Part shown: piece after piece, positions 48,540 through 55,246 of the stretch
How positions within the stretch are numbered: the first letter of the stretch is position 1
Layout of the letters: every line of letters begins with the position of its first letter
Assembly (NCBI GenBank): GCA_051382295.1
Contig: JBBCAW010000137.1
Span: 1 to 55,246, forward strand
Direction: 5' to 3'
Length of the DNA: 55,246 bases
Source of the DNA: Bdellovibrionota bacterium FG-1
Lineage (GTDB): Bacteria; Bdellovibrionota; UBA1018
Notes under the pieces: model-generated
Told to the model about the DNA's origin: nothing
The model's database searches: none
The model's input: the letters and a program-made list of their open reading frames with translations, nothing else
Position numbers and translations under genes: made by a program

Positions 48540-51101
48540 ATGCGACAGATTCTATCCGTTCCTCTTCTCAGTATCACTGGACTGGCCCTCGTACTCGGAG
48601 CGTGCTCCTCTCAAAAGGCTACCGAGCCCTCCACTCCGATCGTCCAAAGCGTCAACACGCAAGTCTTGAGTAGCGACAAGCCCTCACTCACCCCCGACGT
48701 GCCTCAGTCAATCGCTTTAAGCGTCAGCACCGTGGTCGACAAACAGTCGATCTTGAGCCAAGAGTTTTTGTACGGCGCCGACCTTCAATATTCTTCGCTC
48801 TATGATTCCGGCATGGACCTTTACAACCAGAGCATGGCGATTGGTCACATTCCGGCGAGTTTTCGAATTTTCGGCGATGAACTCCAACTCATCACTAACG
48901 ACAAGCGTCGCTACCCGAGCGAGGTCAATCACCCCGAGCAATTGATCATGCGCTTTAAAATCCTGGCTCAAACCGAAACCACGCTGACTCTCTCGTCCGG
49001 GGATTCGCGCCTGTTTTTGGCCTCGATTTTTCAGGGCACGCATGATGACACCAAAGGTGGTTTGACCGCGCCGATTTCGGCTCCTCCCATGGACTACTGG
49101 GTCAGATCCTTTGAATTTATCCCGAACGGCAACTACCTTCTCCAACAAACCAGTATTCAACTCGGCGATGGTAAAGGTACCGTCGCTGAATTCATGGAAT
49201 CGATTTTTCCACGCTCCTCTCTGGCGGCCGGCGATCAGTTCGAAAAAATCCTCATGGATCCCCAAAACCCGGGCGGGGGCGAAGGCGGCCTTTTTGAGCG
49301 TTTTCGGTTTCTCGCCAGCGAAAAAGTCTTTGATGGCGAAACCCAGCTTGCCTATGGCTCACACTTCGATACTTCGATCACCCCCTCCAACCCTGAAGGA
49401 ACCATTGATTGGTACGTGACCCGGAATATTCCCGACACAGCCCTTGAACCCGTCCAACTCGCCGTCGAGGGCTGGAATCGGTATTTCAAAAAATTTAAGG
49501 GAATCGAGCGATCCGTGGTGCGTTTTCGCGGACGTCTCCCTGAAGGAATTCACCTCGGCGACCCTCGCTTTAACGTCATCAATTGGGATTCACGTTTAGT
49601 GGCGGGCGCCGCCTACGAATCTCAAGCATCTGACCCTGCCACCGGCAAACAAAGCCATAGCTTGATCTATATGCCGGCAGCCTGGTTTCAAATTGGTTTT
49701 GATTATTGGAAGAATGGTCAGTTCTCCGATGACTCCCCCCTTGAAAGCGTCGCACCTCGCGCTCTTGAAGGCCGTGGCATCGTCAGTAAAGCCAAAATTG
49801 CCTGCCTCCGTGATATTCGTGCCGGAGCCGAATTGGCCGTGTCTGGCCGTTTAGCCAAAAAAGATGACGTCAAGGAATTTGGAATCAAACTCCTCAAGGG
49901 TACGCTCTTTCACGAAGTGGGACATGCCATGGGACTGGCCCACAACTTCAAGGGCTCACTCTCGTTTGACCGTACAAAAGCAGCCGCGATTTTTTCGACC
50001 TCGATCATGGATTACAATGACTTTGAAATCGAATCCAAAGCCTTTGCGGATCTCCACTCCGCCGATGGCCCCTCCCTCGAATACGATCGTCAAATTATGA
50101 GCGCGCTTTATAATAAGAGCGCGGATTACTCGAACAGCGATCCCGTTGTTCCAAAATGTAACGACGCCGAAGCGGATAACGAAGACGGTGGAGTTGACCC
50201 ACTCTGTATCCGTTATGATATTGAAAGCGATCCCACTCTTTCAGTCGCTACGGCACTCGATCGCGTGAGACTGGCGACCAAAGCGGGCGATGTCACGCTT
50301 GCGCAATCTTTGAATCGGGTGACGACCTTATTTCTGACCGATGAAACTCTAGCGGCAGTCAAAACCAAAGACGACTTCAAGACCCTCACTCAAAAACTCG
50401 CCTCATCCATAAAAGGGTCGATGAAGTTTTACTTCGTCACCGGCAAAGCCTCAGTTTCGCGAGTCGTCAGAACCAATGTCAAATCGCTGCTCCAATTTGC
50501 CGAAGACGTATTGCCCGATACCTATGACGCAGACGAAATGCGCGAACGCGCTTTTGCGGGCATCCAGCAAACCTTGGCCCTTCGTTCTTTGCCGGAGTCC
50601 GTCAAAACCTCACTGGCTGGCGTCGAAAAGATGGCCTCAGAAACTCTTGAAAAAACTCCCTATGCCCAAAGTCTAGGAAGTGAAGAGCGCAGCAAAACAA
50701 AAGAGCTGGTCACGCAAACGATTCACAAAATGGCAATGTCGATGGAAACCGACGAAAGCAATGGGCTTCCGAAACTTCGGTCCACCGTTTTGAGCACCCT
50801 CGCGCGACATGATAAAGTTCCGTTTTTCTTCGGGAAGATTGGCCAACAACTCACCAACTACGAAGCCGCGATGGTCGGAATTCTCGCTGACTCGGTTACC
50901 AATGGGTTGGGCGATTCGACCGCTTTACCCCTCACCTCCAGTGAACGCCTCAAGGCCGCTACGGCACTGGCGAGCTTTTCAGGACGTCCCGAAGGCGAAG
51001 ACGCCATTACCGCAGTGCGTAGCAAACTTCGAAAACTTCGCACTTCAGCTGATGACAACGAATCCCGCGAACTCATTGAGAGTTTACTCGGAGCAATTTA
51101 A
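48540..51101 (+). CDS. Zinc-dependent metzincin lipoprotein (EcxA/DUF4953-like)
   Basis: Lipobox LGAC; AVEGWN, GDPRFNVINW, DPATG; HEVGHAMGLAHNFKGS and Met-turn SIMDY. Confidence 0.9.
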   Translation: MRQILSVPLLSITGLALVLGACSSQKATEPSTPIVQSVNTQVLSSDKPSLTPDVPQSIALSVSTVVDKQSILSQEFLYGADLQYSSLYDSGMDLYNQSMAIGHIPASFRIFGDELQLITNDKRRYPSEVNHPEQLIMRFKILAQTETTLTLSSGDSRLFLASIFQGTHDDTKGGLTAPISAPPMDYWVRSFEFIPNGNYLLQQTSIQLGDGKGTVAEFMESIFPRSSLAAGDQFEKILMDPQNPGGGEGGLFERFRFLASEKVFDGETQLAYGSHFDTSITPSNPEGTIDWYVTRNIPDTALEPVQLAVEGWNRYFKKFKGIERSVVRFRGRLPEGIHLGDPRFNVINWDSRLVAGAAYESQASDPATGKQSHSLIYMPAAWFQIGFDYWKNGQFSDDSPLESVAPRALEGRGIVSKAKIACLRDIRAGAELAVSGRLAKKDDVKEFGIKLLKGTLFHEVGHAMGLAHNFKGSLSFDRTKAAAIFSTSIMDYNDFEIESKAFADLHSADGPSLEYDRQIMSALYNKSADYSNSDPVVPKCNDAEADNEDGGVDPLCIRYDIESDPTLSVATALDRVRLATKAGDVTLAQSLNRVTTLFLTDETLAAVKTKDDFKTLTQKLASSIKGSMKFYFVTGKASVSRVVRTNVKSLLQFAEDVLPDTYDADEMRERAFAGIQQTLALRSLPESVKTSLAGVEKMASETLEKTPYAQSLGSEERSKTKELVTQTIHKMAMSMETDESNGLPKLRSTVLSTLARHDKVPFFFGKIGQQLTNYEAAMVGILADSVTNGLGDSTALPLTSSERLKAATALASFSGRPEGEDAITAVRSKLRKLRTSADDNESRELIESLLGAI

Positions 51102-51138
51102 GTTTTCGCCCGAATAGACCCGTGATATACGGTTTTTT

Positions 51139-52149
51139 ATGAAAATCTTGATCGTCATCACGGGACTGTTTTGGGGACTTACAAGTTTGGCTGCCGCACC
51201 CAGCGAGTTTCATTATTGGGTCAGAGTGCCGCAATCCACTCTCAGCTGTGGCGACGAGGCCGTCGCGCTCGGCGCTCGTTTTGCCCAGGCCACTTCTAAA
51301 AAAGTGACTCAAGCCAAATGCGTGGGCGTGAATAACCTTCCAGCAGAAGGCAAAACCTACCCGCTCTACTCCATCGACCTCACCTATCTTTCAAATGACT
51401 GGAGCCTGGTTCCAACGTCGGCCGTTTTCGGCGAAGGCGACCACTCCGTCATCCCCCATGATTCGGTAGGAGCCTATGCCACGTATGAAAGCTGCCGAGA
51501 AGATCTCGCAGCCCAAAGTGCTCTTTTTGAGGCGCAAACCGGACTTAAAACCGTGAGCGCCCGGTGCGAACCCAGCCGAGATTCTTATTCGCATAGCTAT
51601 GTCCTCACGATCGATGGCTTTGGCAAACCCGCCGCGTGGCTCCGCTCCTTTGAGTTTGATTTCGAGGGTGAAGCCGACTCGGAGTTTCGCGATCAAGGAA
51701 CCCGGCTTCTGATCCAACACGGCGCCGTGTTTGCTCGCACTTGGGGCAACCAAGTTCTTTATTACGCAAAAAACGACGTCCCTGTTCGCCATCGCAATCT
51801 CTACGTTTTCAAAGAGGCAAGTGAATGTCTTTCACAGCTCAATGACGCTCAAAGCATTTTTATTCATAGTGGCGCACCATCCGTCTTTACCCGCTGCCTC
51901 GCGGTCACCCATGGGGTCTACAACGGTTACCTCTCACTCGAGGTCATTGACGACAGCGGCAGGACGATTTCAACCTCGATGGGAGCCACCTCTCCTCGTT
52001 ACTATTCTTTTACCGAATGCATGACTGATCGTCAGCGCTTGGTTGATGCCGCCGTCGCACGCGGGATCTTTGCCTTGGGCGGTCTTTGTTACCAGGACCC
52101 GTTCAGTGATCGCGGTGAATTTGTTTTTGATCTCTATTCGGTGTTGTAA
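51139..52149 (+). CDS. Secreted protein with four Cys-paired internal repeats
   Basis: Signal peptide; eight Cys arranged as four C-x22/23-C units. Confidence 0.8.
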   Translation: MKILIVITGLFWGLTSLAAAPSEFHYWVRVPQSTLSCGDEAVALGARFAQATSKKVTQAKCVGVNNLPAEGKTYPLYSIDLTYLSNDWSLVPTSAVFGEGDHSVIPHDSVGAYATYESCREDLAAQSALFEAQTGLKTVSARCEPSRDSYSHSYVLTIDGFGKPAAWLRSFEFDFEGEADSEFRDQGTRLLIQHGAVFARTWGNQVLYYAKNDVPVRHRNLYVFKEASECLSQLNDAQSIFIHSGAPSVFTRCLAVTHGVYNGYLSLEVIDDSGRTISTSMGATSPRYYSFTECMTDRQRLVDAAVARGIFALGGLCYQDPFSDRGEFVFDLYSVL

Positions 52150-52158
52150 AAGCAGTTT

Positions 52159-52536
52159 TCAATACATCAAGAACGTTGAAGTCACGTGATTGGTCAGATA
52201 CGTCTGATCGTCAGGCGAGATACTTTCGAACGCCAAGCCGGCGCGAATCGGGAATAAAGGATTGGGTGGCACTCCTTTGACTGCAGACTTGACCCGTCCC
52301 AGCAGCTGCAGCGTCCTTTTTTCACCCGGAAGCGTGAACTTGAGATGCAACACATCATTCACCTGAACCGGGGCGTTGGTCATGACCCCGAGTCCACCGG
52401 CAGCGATTTCAATGCCTGAAAACCGAAACTGCTGGATATTGGACACCGGACGGTCCGCGCGCGTCATTTTGGATACTTCAATCGTAAAATCGACTTTTTT
52501 TCGAATAAATTTACGCTTCGTCGCCGAAGTCATCAT
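52159..52536 (-). CDS. PilZ-domain protein
   Basis: RKFIR (RxxxR), EIAAGG, L.FTLP...GRV...GLAF..ISPDDQ..L. Confidence 0.85.
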   Translation of the reverse strand: MMTSATKRKFIRKKVDFTIEVSKMTRADRPVSNIQQFRFSGIEIAAGGLGVMTNAPVQVNDVLHLKFTLPGEKRTLQLLGRVKSAVKGVPPNPLFPIRAGLAFESISPDDQTYLTNHVTSTFLMY

Positions 52537-52964
52537 TGAAAGCGCGCTCCAGCATTTTGATCCACGGCCACCGCATCCTGTCCCAGCGACACAAAACTCG
52601 ATTCACTGATTCGGCCCTCCCGGCAGTTACTTAAATTCCGAGCTTTTTCAGAATAAGTGATTCGATAGGCCAATAACTCCCCCGGTGTCTTGCGCGAATA
52701 AACGCCTTCAGCGAAGTCCAAACGCGTGAGGCCAGAGGACGCGTAATCCCCCTCCAAAATCGTATCACTCCACCCAAAAGCCTGACGAATGGATAATTCT
52801 TGGAGTTGCTGTCTCAAAGCACCCTGCAGGTTCAACACAACATAAGTATACTGCGTCTGATCACTCAACAGGGTGAGCCCATCGGACGAATCAAGGCGTG
52901 CATCCGCGTGAGCCACGCCCGAAAAGATCAAACCCAACAAGCAACAAATTTGACGAACACGCAT
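52533..52964 (-). CDS. Hypothetical secreted protein
   Basis: Signal peptide ending AHA; stop overlaps the PilZ start (ATGA). Confidence 0.65.
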   Translation of the reverse strand: MRVRQICCLLGLIFSGVAHADARLDSSDGLTLLSDQTQYTYVVLNLQGALRQQLQELSIRQAFGWSDTILEGDYASSGLTRLDFAEGVYSRKTPGELLAYRITYSEKARNLSNCREGRISESSFVSLGQDAVAVDQNAGARFQ

Positions 52965-53029
52965 AATCACCGCCTCGGGATCTATTACACTGAGTTTGCT
53001 TAAAATTCAACAGAGGTTCTCGGTAAAAG

Positions 53030-55246
53030 TTATCGAGCATTCCTAGCAAAACCCCAGGTCAAAGCCATCACCCCCAAGACCCCTAACCCCGTCGCCACAT
53101 TTGCGCCCACAAACCCCGGATTGAACCAAACGTGCGACATCAGTAACACCTGAAAAGTGGCCACAATCGAAACAAATAAGCGAATATCAGTGCGCTCCAA
53201 AAATCGATTCAGAATCCAAAAACATGCGCCTAAGCCCACACCCACGCACCCCCACTCCAGCAACGAATCCTGGGCGAAAAACGCGCCCAGCGCGACCCCG
53301 ACCCCCACCCAAATCCAGCCCCGAGCCTTTGAGCTCCACACGAATTGCTCCAGTTCAGTCCAAACGAGCATCAAAAAAGCCGTCAAGACGATAAAGCCTT
53401 TCACGGCGGCGAAACCCTCAAGCGCGGGAATCCAGGTCGCAGCCCCCTTCAGTTCAGGCCAATGAGGAGACCCCGATTGACCCAATCTCCCCACGCAAGC
53501 CAACGCCCCCGCTAACCCCAGCCCCACAGCCGGGCCTACCCAAAGAGGGGTATTCAGGGACACTCCCGCCAATCGCTTCAAACGAGAGCTCAGATAACCG
53601 ATCCAAATTGCCGGAATCAACGCCGACATAAAAACAAACACGCCCTCCTTAACCCCCCAATGAAGGTACTGTGAGGCAAAAGACTGTTCGTTCGAAAAAT
53701 GCGCAACTTCTTCGGGAAAATGATTCAGCAACGAACTCATTCCCAAAATCGCCAGGAGAACAAAGGCCGCAACAAAACCCCCAAAAGCAAAAGAATGCCT
53801 CACCCATCCCCGCACCGCCGCACCGCTCAGAAGCAAGATCAAAAAGCCAAGCAGCGCCCCACTCGTCATCCGCACGACGCCCATCGCCGTTTTTATACTT
53901 CGCTCTCGCCGCTCCCAATCCTCCGGCACATGAATCATTCGCAAATGCCCGGCCGGTTCGTTTCCGGCGATACGCACGGCGACCCTTGTTTCACCCTGCT
54001 TGAGAAGGACTGCTGGATCTTCCCAAAGAAAAAACCAATCCAATCGAGCGGGGTGTTTAAATACTCGCGCAGAAACCTCTTTTAACCGTGAGGGTTGAAG
54101 CTGGTACTGCTCACGTAACACTTTTTCGGCGATCACGCGGGCCTGAGTTTCGTTCAGATTTGCGCCCGGCCGCGCCTCTGGCAAATCATGCCTAAAGCGA
54201 TAGAACTTGCCCGAGCCAAGCAAAAACACTTGATACTCGTCGGCCCGCTCCACCACGTCCCCCTCTGGACGCACAAACCTGATTTTCCACTGCGGAGGCG
54301 ACAAATAACTCCCCATCAACTCTCGATAGAGCTCGGATCCCGAAGTCTTCCAAACGAAGCGATCCTCTTCGTCCACCTCGCCCTCAACCATCGCCAAGGC
54401 ACGCCACTCCGGGCCCAAATGAATTCCACGGCTCACCAATACTTTTTGCGCCAGCGCAATCGCCTCAGCGCGCTGAATCCTCAAACCCGGTGTGTCCCCC
54501 AAAAATCGCCCTGCCACGACCCAGACCACAAAACCCAAAATAGCGACCCAGCGGAGACGCTTGAGCTGAATGGCCGAGATTTTAGGCGGTCGCCCCACCG
54601 ATGAGTTCACCACGGCGGCCCGCTGGATTCTGGGCGCGAGCCATGCGACATTCCGCAACGCCTCCGGAAAACCAGTCCACTTGCCGTTTCGCAACCGTGC
54701 GAGGCCTATCCAAAACAGAGGAAGCGCACTGACGCCAATCACGACGGCTCGACTCACCCAAGCCGTGCGCCCCTCGGACAAAAACAGAGGCATAGAAAAA
54801 AGAGAAACGTCATAGGCATAATGCAAAATAATCCCGGGTAGCAGCCCAAATGCCAAATAAAATCCTCCAAACAAAAAAGAAGGCACTAGCAGCTCAATGA
54901 GTCGCGCATACGAAGGCTGCGTGGGATAGCTCGCGTGGGCCGCGCCAAAAATCACGGCTTGCAAGATAAACGCGGCAACGACCCATACTTTTTTTCCGCC
55001 CCAGCGAGTTCCCAGTCGCTCACCGATCAGCGCGGCGCCCGCCAAGGGTACCGCCCTAAACAAACACTCCTCCCAAACCCCGGCGTGAAGGGAATTGGAA
55101 ATCGACGTCAGCCAGGGAAAATAGGCCGCCAGCGCATCCGGATGAAATAAAATTTCGGAGGGATTCCACCAGCCCAAGTACTGCGATCCGATTCGGTACA
55201 TCCACACCACAAAAGCAAACTGAAAACCCAGGGCCAAATACCCGCC
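53030..55246 (-). CDS. CPBP (Abi/CAAX protease) family intramembrane metalloprotease with large extracytoplasmic domain; 5' end outside the window
   Basis: WEECLFR, FGAAH and HYAYD motifs; many TM helices; soluble domain with PepSY-like 'EAIALAQKVL' helices. Confidence 0.88.
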   Translation of the reverse strand, partial: GGYLALGFQFAFVVWMYRIGSQYLGWWNPSEILFHPDALAAYFPWLTSISNSLHAGVWEECLFRAVPLAGAALIGERLGTRWGGKKVWVVAAFILQAVIFGAAHASYPTQPSYARLIELLVPSFLFGGFYLAFGLLPGIILHYAYDVSLFSMPLFLSEGRTAWVSRAVVIGVSALPLFWIGLARLRNGKWTGFPEALRNVAWLAPRIQRAAVVNSSVGRPPKISAIQLKRLRWVAILGFVVWVVAGRFLGDTPGLRIQRAEAIALAQKVLVSRGIHLGPEWRALAMVEGEVDEEDRFVWKTSGSELYRELMGSYLSPPQWKIRFVRPEGDVVERADEYQVFLLGSGKFYRFRHDLPEARPGANLNETQARVIAEKVLREQYQLQPSRLKEVSARVFKHPARLDWFFLWEDPAVLLKQGETRVAVRIAGNEPAGHLRMIHVPEDWERRERSIKTAMGVVRMTSGALLGFLILLLSGAAVRGWVRHSFAFGGFVAAFVLLAILGMSSLLNHFPEEVAHFSNEQSFASQYLHWGVKEGVFVFMSALIPAIWIGYLSSRLKRLAGVSLNTPLWVGPAVGLGLAGALACVGRLGQSGSPHWPELKGAATWIPALEGFAAVKGFIVLTAFLMLVWTELEQFVWSSKARGWIWVGVGVALGAFFAQDSLLEWGCVGVGLGACFWILNRFLERTDIRLFVSIVATFQVLLMSHVWFNPGFVGANVATGLGVLGVMALTWGFARNAR

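Overview
Chromosomal segment of a probable Bdellovibrionota (Bdellovibrio/Oligoflexia-like) bacterium. The taxonomy is inferred from a Glt gliding cluster, a TIGR02147 gene, a Bdellovibrio-type HNH remnant and many orphan secreted proteins. Bases 1-35,900 are mostly minus-strand, tightly packed operons: (a) OM beta-barrel, gltC, a probable gltD-gltE fusion, gltF, gltG, then a FecR/beta-barrel protein, a lipoprotein and an MTA/SAH nucleosidase; (b) purF-C-D-N-L-Q-H-M coupled directly to addB-addA; (c) lipoprotein-tgt-yajC-secD-secF-recJ-hypothetical. Two long palindromic elements flank a small gene at about 28 kb. Bases 35,975-46,234 form an accessory region with truncated HNH and PLD genes, a candidate secreted ADP-ribosyltransferase-fold protein, a secreted HExxH protein, a Schlafen/AlbA_2-ATPase gene and a TIGR02147 regulator divergent from a GGGNG-motif secreted protein. 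A 44-bp near-duplicate of the TIGR02147 5' region lies 3.2 kb upstream of it. Bases 46,265-55,246 hold a Gly-Tyr tetrad-repeat lipoprotein, a metzincin lipoprotein, a four-repeat Cys-paired secreted protein, a PilZ protein and a partial CPBP membrane protease. I recognised no tRNA, rRNA, CRISPR array, integrase or transposase. All family calls come from reading motifs by eye, not from database searches.
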